The notes beneath the pieces are model-generated. The model had not been told where the DNA came from. It worked only from the letters and a program-made list of their open reading frames with translations, and ran no database searches. A program made the position numbers and the translations under genes. A stretch of 58,594 nucleotides of DNA, the filler included, from Catajapyx aquilonaris (lineage: Eukaryota), in NCBI GenBank assembly GCA_000934665.2. It is 2 parts of 2 records of this genome, joined end to end, with 100 filler letters (N's around TTAATTAATTAA, not from the genome) between each part and the next. Parts side by side here need not be neighbours in the genome. Positions count along the whole stretch, not along the records: positions 28,611 to 58,594 come from KZ539247.1; 1 more part is not named here. One strand, written 5' to 3'. Of this stretch, positions 38,501 through 50,500 are shown piece by piece (position 1 is the stretch's first letter; each line of letters starts with the position of its first letter).

Positions 38501-41500
38501 CTTGCAAGAAGGTTCAAGACCCTGTGCTCTATTATCTCACTTACGTAATTTTCGCAACAAAAAAAACTTCCGCGCAAAAAAATGACTTGTTTTCGTGCAT
38601 GCACAGGCCCGTGACAAGCCCGGGCAACGTTTGTTGACATACAGTGTCATTGATCCGCGACCTAATCCGGCTCTTATTACTCACTCCCACCCCTCTCTAT
38701 ACTATCACCGACTATATACTCGGGGCTTCCGGATTTCGAAAACGATCCCCTCCCCCTTTTTCGCAATTTGCGAAAAAACGGTAATCCTCACGAATTTGCG
38801 ATCCATTTGAAAGAGGGGAAATACACCCGTTAGAGAAGGAAGAGCTTCCAGTCATGCGTGGGGCTTATGAGGCAGGAAAAAGGTGGGGGGTTTCAAAATT
38901 TCACCCACCAGTCACGCCATGACCTTAGACACGTTCAAAATCCTATTTACAGGGTCGAGGTCACCCAGGTTGGTTCAACCCATTTTACACGTGCTCCTAA
39001 ACCAGTTGAAATATAGTCAGCGGTCCTCCGAGAATGCACATCTGGCACCTCCCACTTTTCACATTTCCACGCATGCGCCAAAGGAGGGTACCAGGTGAAG
39101 CGAACATTATCTCATTAACAACATTCAACTGGAAAAGAAAATATTACGCAGGCGCTTGTGCTTTTTATGTGTAAATTGATATTGAGATATGATGTGTACT
39201 TATGTGTGTAATTGTTTTATAAAAGTGACAAACGTTCTTTCAAAAACGTCACTTATGCCACCTGGCAACCTGGGATACTTATTAGTGGAAATTTGAAAAG
39301 TGGGAGGCCGCTGTCTATATACGTAGTATGTTATATACTGTACCTCGCATTTTTTTAACGGGTCTGAATAATTGCTTAACTTTACAATGTTAATACTTGG
39401 GGAATAATTTATTGTTTGTTTGCAGTTCCTTCCTTGTTTGGCTCTCAAAGCCAAGTAGCGGGGCCCCTTCAAAACCGTACTTACGACCCGAAATAAGCTC
39501 TTTTGGCGGTATCCGCCTCGGAGTTTGTTTTAGGGGGGGAAAACCCGGTCAAATTCTGGAAGGAAAATTATTTATTTTGGATGCCCACCTCCCCTCCCTT
39601 TCTCTCTCCCTCCATGGCTATTCTGTGGATCTAGTGAATAAAACAGTGCGCCAAGGGAGAGGGGGGGTAGAAGGATAAAGGAGGCCAATGGCAATCTTCC
39701 CAACTCCTCGCCATTTGTGTGTTTGCACAATACATGCAAATCTCCTCCCCCCTCCCAACCAGTCCTGCACCCCCTTTCCGCTCTGAGACGTGCGCCGTAA
39801 TGTCCATTGTTTGAACTAGCAGCCGTGGGATTACCTGCATTCCCCCCTGCCTTTTAAAAAAAGTATTGCTATTTCCAGGCTCACTAATCACACAATCAGA
39901 CCAATGAAATGGGGCAGAGTTTTTCGAGAGCATTCGCATGTTCTTATCGGTTACTACTTTTTTTTCATATTTCATTATCGTTATCGAAACACTCGAGTCC
40001 AATGTCACCCACTTGATGGTCCAGCACCTTCTCTCTCTTTTTTTTATATGTATAAATGTCCTTAAGAGGTCAGGGGTCAGAGGTTAGTGCCATAAAGTGC
40101 AGGTCCTTTTTTTGTGGTTTGGCGGCAATGTTATACTCACCATGACATAATGCCTCTGAATCTCAATTTTCTCGCTCGCCAACTTCTCGCACTCCAGTTT
40201 GAGGCTGAGAAGTATACAGGGGGGGATAGAGAAGGAAGTGTTGTTCAAGCCATGTCTTACCATCATGATAAAAGGGGGTGGGGGCAAGGTGGAGGATATG
40301 TTTCAGATATAAGAAATTGGCCAAATTGTGGTCCGGAAATTTTGAGTAAGGGGAGGAAATATAGTTTTGCTTTTTTATGCGCCACATTCCCAATCAGAAA
40401 TGTGTGCCCCTTTTTTGCCTTACGTTATCATCACATAATATTTATTCAGCTCTAGTCGCCTATTAGGGAAATGGGCCAAATTTTATGGTGTAACCTGCAA
40501 CATAGGCTACACACTCTGATTCTATGTTTGGACTAATGCTCGTAAATGACAACATAGTTGTAGGCAGTCCAAATGCATTTCAAAAATAATAGAAAAATAT
40601 TGTGTCGTACTACAGCTGAATAAACAATCGTAAATAGTTACAGTACTAAACTAATAAATTCACAGTTTTGCTTGAGAGATTAACATTGGCACGATTGCAG
40701 GGCACTTTCAGAACCAGTAATCTCTATAGTACAGCTGTTACAATTGGTCAGATTGGATCATGTGACCAGCAGGGGTGCCAATGTTACAGGGTTTAGAAAA
40801 CTACTCAAAATTTGAGAATAGCTTTTAAAAAATTTGTTACAAATATGAAAAAATTGAATCTCCCCAAAATATTCAGCCAATCTTGATGTCATTGGACGCC
40901 AAAAATACGCGGTATGTCACAAAGTTGACAATTTTTTTAAAACACATCTTAATTAAACCATGTGCAAGCCGGACTTGACACCGTTTCAATACGCAACCAT
41001 TAAATACAGCTGGCAAGTCATAAATCCGCCTTAACTTATGGCGAGTTAACCAATTTACCTCCACGAGCCTCCAATTTTAATCCAACATAATTCATCTTAA
41101 TTCCACAGCTACAAATCGCCAAAAAAATGAGTAAATTCGCATTCAGTAAACCGGCTTGACAGTCGAGCTAAAAAATTGTGCTCAAATGGCTGACAAAAAC
41201 ACGTAACATCATTCCTGCAAAATTTATGCCAGGAAATATTCGAAACATGCCATCGGATTTTGCAAAACTATCCCCAGCAAAATAATTCAGCTCCAATCCT
41301 GAAAAACTATTGCTTTCATGCCAGAATTTATGCGAAAATCCGCCTCAACGCGTTTTTGACTATAGGTTAAGCCAAAAATTCTGCTTAAAAATAATTAGCA
41401 CGATACTAAATCATTACTTTCACGTACAGCAGAAGAGCAGAGAATTTGACATCTGTTACATACACTTTATGCATACTTTTTAAGCGAATTTTATGTCAGG

Positions 41501-44500
41501 CAATTTCAGGGGGTCTTTTTTTTGTCCATGTGCAAAGTTTGCACTACATACTTTCATCTGGAGTGCAAATTATTTACTTGGAGCTCTTAATTTTTACTTA
41601 CTGAGTTTACTTACTGTTTGCACTCCATGGCTCACTTTGGAGTGCAAATAATAATTTTGGAGTGCAACATCCTAATATTTCGACCCCTGGTACATACTGT
41701 ATGCATACTCTTTAAATTAATTTAAGTCGGGTAATATTTTGACTTGCATTGTACGATAAAAGACCTTTAAAAAAAACTGCTGTTGTGCAATGTTCAGTAG
41801 CAATATATTTTCTCTCAATTCCTCCCACTGGGTTTGCAAATATGAGCAGGCGGATTCACGCAGATTCCGGAATCCTGCTGCAGAATCTGGCATGAAGCAG
41901 CAGCAGGGGTTCAAGTTGTAATGGGTCAAAATTGGTGGTGTCGACCACCCCTGGTTCCTTCCTCCCTCCAAGTTGGAGTGGTTGTCCAGAGCTCGGAGGG
42001 AACAAAGCACCTTGTGGAGTCCCCCCTTTTCCTCTTACTCCTAACACGGATCCCCACCTGGCAATGGGCCATATACCCCCGCTTTTCCCCTCTCTCTCTC
42101 TCTCTTCCCTCCCCCGCCTTCCCCCTCCTCTTTTGGCAGCAGCAGCCCTTTTACAGGGAGGGAGGAAAATGCATACAGAGAGTGCTGTTAGAAGGACCCA
42201 CAGCTGCCCAACCCCCTAAGTCAACACCAGGATGTACAGTTGTTTGCCCAGTCTGCTTTAATACTGTATAAATACACAGCAGCAAAAATGTGTGTGCACC
42301 CTGTAAGAAAATTGGCGCAAAAAAAAACTTTCTGCGCCATCATGAAAAGCTATAATGAAATTCTTCCCTTTTTGGCAAAAGGCAGCTCCAGTTGATTCCA
42401 CTTGGAAGACTCCACGATTGACACCCAAGGCTTTTTTATTTCGCGCTCCAAATCACGGCTCTCGAAATGACACCAACAAAGTCGCAAAAAAAATTTATTG
42501 GGGCCAGCTACCAGTTCGATATATCGAATTTGTTTATGAAAATACCAGTGGGTTCCCGCCCACCCCCCAGCAAATACCAGGGAATTATTCATTTACATTG
42601 TTGCTCACTGTCTGCGAACGCGTGTGTGTGTATATTTCCGGTCTGGAGAGCTCGACCTCCATCCGAGTGCAACAGTGCAAGATGGCAATAATAATGGTTT
42701 TCATCCCCTCCCACTCGAACCCCCTACAAAACAAACAATGGGCCGCCTACAAAATGCAATGCCCGCAACAATTGAGGCGTAACTTGTTATTCATATCGAT
42801 CCAGTCGCATAACTTCACGTGCCTCGGGCCTCAACGATTTTTATTATTAATATTACCAGCAATCCCGGCTATAAAATGAATTATTTTTTTTAAATGAGCG
42901 CAACCAAGTGCGCAACACAGTTCGCGCAAATTGTTTCCAGCCACTAAGCTTGAGGGGGTAATAATATGGCCGACTTTTGCTCTGGAACGAACCTTACAGG
43001 CCCACTTGGACGCGTCTTGCTATCCTTGTGAGGAATTTTTTTTCGCGTTTTTCCTATCCTTGTCAGGAATTTTGTCATTACGAGGCAGTTTTCCTGTACC
43101 TCATAGTGAACACACGCCTCACAAGGATAGGGTAAAATCGAAACAGTACCTCATAAAGACAGTAAAAATATATTTCGCCAAAATTTTGTGTTTCCTTGTA
43201 GGTTAGGTTAGGTTAGTTTTAAATTTTAAATATTGGAAAAACCTCACAAGGATGGGAATGCGCGCCTGTGTGCGCGAGTGTGGGTGCGCACTCGGTTGCG
43301 CTCGTAAAAAATTCATCCTTTTCATAGTATTCCAAAATTGCAGCTTATTTTGTAAGTAGCTATCAACGCTATTTTTTTAGCACACGACTACTAGCAGACT
43401 GGTCATTTTTTTTAAACCTCCCCATTTTCTCTGGGATTTGAAGCAGCCCCCCAACCTCCCCTGTCCCCTTCCTCCCCTCTTCCGCCACATCCTCCCACAA
43501 GCCCTCCCCTCCTACCCCCTGCACACAAAACCAGACCCGAAAACCCGGCCTGTGCCCGCAGACCTGGCCCGCAGCCAGCTCTATAACCCTGCCTCACCAT
43601 TTTCCACCAAAAACCTAATTTCTCCGGCAGGAATCGCCGGGGGAGAGAGAGCAGGCAACACTGTCCGGTCACGTGATCCCAGACAGCCAATGGCGAGACG
43701 CGCGGTATCACGTGACCGCTACAAAGCAAGGTTGCCAAATCCTCGCTAATAAGGGCCGAATTCAGAGAGGTTGCTTAACGTAATCGCGCCCGATTAAATC
43801 CTTTAGTCATCCTCGATTAGCAAATTTAAAAGTGCTAGCAAGTGCGATTAGGGGGCGCTTAGCGCTAATCGCGGTCTTTGTATTAGCAGGTTGATTAAAT
43901 TTCCTAATCGAGGCTGACTAAAGGATTTAATCGGGCGCGTTTACGTTAAGCAACCTCTCTGAATTCGGCCCTAAATAATTTGACGTACACAATTGGTCGA
44001 CACCACCTTTTTTTTTAGACCCCCCTCCTTATTTCAATTAGTAATGAGACCTCTTCCCAGCGAGGTGTTGGTACTCACTTGTGGTACTGTGCCTGAAGGA
44101 AGTTGAATTCCTCCTTGATGCGGTCGCACGACTCGCCAACCGTGAACTTGAACGGTTGGCCAGGTTGCGGTGGACCCTGTGGACACAAGGGGGAAAAAAC
44201 ACATTTTTTAGAATTTTGAACCGTGACCTCTGGTGATCAAATGGGGGTGACGACATTTCCCAAGGATGCCAACCCTCCCCCATGTCACTTTTTTTTTTTA
44301 ACTTCCAAGCAGGGGGGGGGGGGGGGGGNTTATGACTGGTCGTGACAGGCATCTGGGAGGAATGAAGGACCCTCCTTGTTTCTCCTGGCAGCCGAGACCC
44401 AAAATGGGCGCCAACTTGGCAACCATTTGGCCCCTTCCCTAAATGCCTCATTGCTCTGCCCCTGGATTATGAGGTGTCCATAAAGACTGCGCACCACTCT

Positions 44501-47500
44501 CGGCTTCATTAGCACTACATAATATACAGGGTGGTGCACTGCTGCCCCCATCTGCTGGCCCGAACAGTTTGTGAGCCACCCTGTTCCCAAAACGTAGGGA
44601 GGCCAAATTTTTTGGTGATAAATGGTAGGAGGCATAAAGGAAGCCATTATAACTAGGGGGTGAGAGCAGAGGGGGTCTCGATACACTCCAGGGACCACTT
44701 TTTTTTTAAACGGGGGAGGGTGAGGGTAAAAATGAGGAGTGGGAGGGGCTAGGACCGCCCACGCTCAAGAATGGAAAAAAAAAGTGAAATATCGGGAGTG
44801 CGCCTGACGTCCATTCAAAATTTGGGAGGTGGCCCAGAGGGGTTGAGGAGAGCATGGAAAATTACAACCCATCACTGATATATGCGCCTCAAATGGTGCC
44901 AACAGATGGCGCTTACCACCTACTGGGTATGTTGTTAGCATATGGGGGGCGGTTCTTAGGGGGAGGAGGCTCGATTTAACTTTTAACGGAAGGTGCTGGT
45001 GACAACTGCCAAATCTACAATCGCACCATTTCGGAGTACCATATACGGAATTCACAATCCGTGACTCCACTCCGTAAACAAGTTGGCATATCCTTCACTT
45101 TCCCCGTTCAACAAATTAGAGGACATAAGCGCCCTGATGGACTTTGTCCGCGCGGTGACTCATCACCAACGTGCATGTAGCACTATTTTCGCCATGAGTG
45201 GCAGGAGTGTGCCTATATGCGCCAACTGGTAGTGGCCTATCGTACTACGTCCAAGCACACGCAAAATTTACTAACGGGTCCGCTACTACATGAAGTAATA
45301 AATAATTTGTTTATTTTCAGTTAGTACTTGTGGAGCATACAATCCACAAACTTGTTGAACTGTGGACTCTTGTTCAATGTACAATAATGCACTTAGTGAC
45401 ACAATATCCGCTGATAATCCTCAAAAATAAAGCATGTGTGATCTGCGATAACGAGCCTCTCCACCATTCTTATTTTATTTATTTTTTTAATCGTGAAAAA
45501 AAGGTCATGCTTTGCAATTGTCACTTTATCTCCGTCTTCTTACCCCCTTCTAGGGTATAGCATGTGTGGATTATTCATACCACCCCCACCCCCGCTGTCC
45601 ACTTTTCCATGGCAGTCAGATAAAACAATCGCTGCTCAAACATCAGGCTGCAAATTTCAATAGAGGAGGGGAACAGGGCCCGAGCGGAACCCCAGCATGT
45701 ATTATTTATGTGGTGATTTCTGTGTTTTCGTCGACCAACCCCCCCTTCAACCACCCACCCTTCAAATTGCCGAATTCGCCGCCTACTATTGATCGGGGGG
45801 GCCTGTCAAGTCACCCTTCGAGGTCAGCTTCGTTTATATGGCACACACCTGTCTAGATACAACCTGGCCTCCCCAAGTATTAAGTCATTGCCACGTGCCT
45901 CCCAAAAGAACAGGTCAAGGTTGACCTCACATTGTTGCGCGCATGTAAGTAGACCGCGGATGGAAAAATTCGTACTTTAAAAAAAAATGCATTTTTAACA
46001 CCCTAAAAATCGAGCCGATTGGTCGCAACGGCTGGACTAATCGGCTCTATATAATTATGTTGCGCAACAGGTTATGTCCTACAATCCCCTTTTCCCTGAT
46101 ACACAACACATTTTCATTGGGTCGAGGGGAGGGATTCAGGGAGGGGCTGGAGAGGGGGGGATTTTTCTCGCACTGATTCCCTCCCCATATACCCAATACT
46201 CTATCAATCATCCGGTTTATAAACTATGAGCCGATTTTTTTTTCCGGGGGGACCTGGGGGGGAAAAGAGGGGATAATCCGACTGCAAAAAAGTGCCAATT
46301 AATATAATTGCGATAATTACGGCATTACGGACGTGATTCACAAAGGACTGTATATCCACCCCACCCACACCCAATCCGCGGGCACATTAATACGGGCATT
46401 AGACTAAATGAGACTAGAAAACCGTCGTGTGATGAAAATTTTGTGGGTTCGCATCGATTGGCTATCAATCAGATGTGCTCGCCTTAATAATCGGACCAGC
46501 CTCAACTGCGGCCAGTCCCAATCCGCTGACTTGTGCTGGCAACACTGGTCAGCATGTGACACTGATTGGCTGGCACAGTTGGGACTAATTTATTTGCAGG
46601 TCGGCACAAGTGCAAATGTGGACATAACATGTGCTAATATTAGATTTGTCTCAAAATATTGAAGATAACAAACGCGTGTGCACTTTCGTTGCAGCGCTTC
46701 CTTTCAACACGTGTTGATATGGCTCGCTTTCGGTAGGGAGTTACAAGGCACCAGGCCACTTTCGTACCGGTCAATTCACACGTTTGCTTCGACCCATTTA
46801 AATAGAACCTTCAACTGAAAGGACGTGTAACTATAAGGCGAGTCATCCCGATGCGCTTTTAAAACTCCCATGTAAAACTGAAGCGCTCCCAGTTACTTCG
46901 CTTGGTTAATTCACACCTATTTGAAGTAGAGAATTCAACTGAAATGACATGTAACTATACAGGCGGGGTCATCCCGATGCGCTTTTAAAGTCCCATGTAA
47001 ACGGCAACGTGTCCAACTGGCTCCGTGGCCCACTCTCTGGGAGTCTGAGCCCCCCTCTTATCGAAAAGAGGGCCATAAAATCCGGGCCATAAATCCCCCT
47101 GGACGCCACCTGATATCCGCCAAGGGCGACTAACAGCCTCCGGAAAAAGCTGTCCGGAGGAATGCCAAAAATGCTGGCCTCCCCTCCCCCACAAAACCAG
47201 CCCCAAAAAATGGCCGCACAGTGTGTACTTACACGCTCGAGCAGATGTAATTAGGTGGCACGCCTCGCCACCTGATGGCGCCTAAGGCGCCACAAGCCAT
47301 GATTGCAATAATTTATTCTGGCTGTATGCCTGTAACGTACAGGTGGGCACACAGGAGAGGATAACACACAGTAAAAATAAATATGGACCAAAAAAAAAAA
47401 TCCGGGGCTTCCAGACTGGGAAGCCTCATGTAACATTTACTCGCCAAAGTCAAATTTTGAGGCCTGAAAGTTAGGCAAACATTAAAGCACGAACCCGGGG

Positions 47501-50500
47501 CCTTAATTTTATGAATACTGTAGAAGCAAAAGGGGGGGTGAGTTTGAGGGGGGTAGAGCTCCGCCCCCTTTTTTGGGCATAAAAAATGAGAGAGAAAAAC
47601 TCGAGGCCAAAGATCGCAACTCTTTCATTTAATAATAAGAGCCCTACCAGCTACCACCCCCCCTTTCGCGTCTGGCACTCATCTTTAATTCGCGCAACGT
47701 GTGCCAAGCCCTTGTTTTCTCGGGGATTTTCAAACTTTCTGCTTGCTTATTAATTCAGTCCGAAGAAAGCAAAAGGGGGGTTGTGGACAGACTCAAAAAT
47801 TTCCTGGGTATATCTCAGCCTCCCCCCTTCTGAAACTTAGCCATGAATGATTGATGGTCATACCGGGCGATGTTAAGCTAAGCTCGTCGTGACGTCACAT
47901 ACCATAGATGTGACAACAGTGTAGGGTAAGCCTAAGCCCGGAAACAGCGAGAGAAATCCCACTCCCCGGAGCCAAAATATGAGCTACCGATGGTGTTTTA
48001 TGCCGCGAGTGGGGAGGATGATGTACTCAACTTACACAAAGGCGCAATGGAAACATTAACCGGATTAGAAGCGACACCTCCCAGAGAGTAGAGTGGGTGG
48101 GCCTGATGCGATTACACTTTCCTCACTATTGGTACCCCCGTCTTGCTTTGCCAGGCATCGAGTACACTGTACAAAAGAGGTATTGCATGTCACAGGTTAC
48201 AGTTAGTTTACACCCACCCCAAAAAAATCTTACAGTATTTTTTTTTTTCGAACGACACTTGCAATCGTGGACTTTCGTTTCCTCCTGTTTACAACTCTAC
48301 TTACATGTAACACCAGTCACTGAGATAAGAAGAAAACAAGTCTGGCCGACGAATCCAGAAAATCCAGTTCGGTCCACTTATCGCCAATATACGAAAAAAA
48401 AATGTGATAGTCTTTCACAAAAAAAAAAGTGACCCTTGGTGCTCTGGCACATGACTCCAGATTAATGCGGATTCGCAGGAAAATATACTTCAAAAAAATG
48501 GGTGAGCAACAGGGGCGTATCCGCGCCCTTAATTTCCCCAATTAAGGATTCACCCCAGTTCTCTCCCCACACCCCCTGCTTGTCATAATCACTTAGCTCG
48601 AACTTGAACAGACCGCAACTTCTTAATCTGCGAATTACCTCCACAAATCCTAATTGTAACACCCACCCCCACTCCTTCAAACCCCCCCTGCTTATACCAC
48701 CCAAGTTGGTGGAATTTTAGGTGATGTGGCAACGTGGCTATGACGTCGGCAAGCTTGACGAGAAGCTTCATTACTGCTGATAAAGAAAATCAAGTGAGCA
48801 AAGGGGGGGCAAATAGGACGCCCCCCCCCCTCTCCAGGCAACCCCCGGATTAAAAAATGACGGGTCACAAAAGTCTCTAACTCCACACCATCAACATTTC
48901 AAAGCCTCGGGTCTATTGTGCTGAAAAAGCCACGATGTCGCTCTTGAAAAATTCACCTTTCTTTTTCTACGTGTGCCTTTTCCTCCAAAACCATTTCAAT
49001 TATGCAACCCCGCCTCGCTGTGGGGAGGGACTACCCAACATGAAACAAAAAAATTTAGCAGGATTAATTTATATGCCGTCCATGCGATGGATTCGCGATT
49101 TCAAACCAAAATGTGTTGAATTCCAAGCTGGCATGAAAAAAAATAAAAAGGACGTGACTTCCTGACAATAAATCGCGAGCGTGTATTGGCTGCAGGAAAT
49201 GTACGTTATCGCGTGAACTCGCCCCCCCTCTCCCTTACCCAGCGACGTGCTAAAAGTTACTGCTGAATCAACGTCCCTTGCTGACTGTTTGTTTATCCAA
49301 CCTCGCGTGACACATTCGGTGGCTTACCCACCCACCCCCCCGGACACCCTCCCCCAAAACCACGCCTGAGAAATCTCGTACCTAACCGGCCGCCTGGCAT
49401 TGCACAATTAATTTCAAAGCAGAAACGTGCCGGGCGACCGATTGCCAGGAACCCAGCCACCAGCGAGCGACGGGGGAACCGATTCCAAATTGTCTTCTGA
49501 GGGGCCCCGTTGTACCGACTTGTGTTAAGAAAATCTAAGATTACACTAATGCTGAAAATTTGCAACTAATCATACATTTATCGTGTGTTGGTTGGTTCAA
49601 CAAATGTAAAAATGGGTTGGTCGAATTGGGCCAGCGATTCCCTATAGGCATCGAGCGATATTTGTCTTTGATGGCCGGTTGTACCAACTCACGTTAAGAA
49701 AATCGACGATTATACATGTTGAAAATTTGCAGCTAATTGGAAAGTTGTCGTTTGTGCTAATTCAGGTGGGTTTGGTGGGTTAGGCAAATTTGAAAATTGG
49801 TTGGTAGATTTCGGATTCAAACACGGCAACCAGCAACCGGCGACCGGCGACCGGCAACCGGCGACACTGATGCCAAACTGGCACAATCTGATCTGCTGAG
49901 TGGTCATCCACTCCCCCCCAGACTACCCGCAAATAAATGGCCGCCTGATCCCGCGGTTACTGGGCTACGAACCCAGACCCTTTTTGGCCGCGGAGGATGC
50001 CAGCAACGCTCTGATTCCATTTTGGACATTCCGGAGAGGGGGGAAGGGTTCCGACAGACCGTGACTGATCTACTTATGCCTGTCTTTGCAAAACCCGCAT
50101 TTGCACTGTACCCTCTGCCATTGCAAACACGAGGTCTCCCCCCCTCTTTTGTGTACAGGCTTTGCTTTTGTTGCTGCAGAACCGGGGGTTGGTTGCCAGG
50201 GGGGCAAACCCATAGCTTAGCTGACATGATACCCTCTTGCTCGGGACAGATAACCTTGCACAATAACAGTGTTACGCAACTCCAGAGGATTGTTCCGGAA
50301 ATTGACCCTGTGACGTCACGGCATGGCCAGGGTTGACCAACAAAAATGCGCGCAAAGTTGTTCACCTTGAACCGGCCCACTTTCCAAAATAGTTTTTTAA
50401 GGAGCTGGGGCTCATCATTGCCCAAATTGTTCCTGGCAATAATTGCGTCCTTCACTATACGGTGGGGGGGTCACTCACTCTTTTTTTTTGCGACAATACG

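Noticed and set aside
43197..43216. TTAGG repeats as a telomere
   Set aside because: Only 2-4 units, internal to a dispersed MITE
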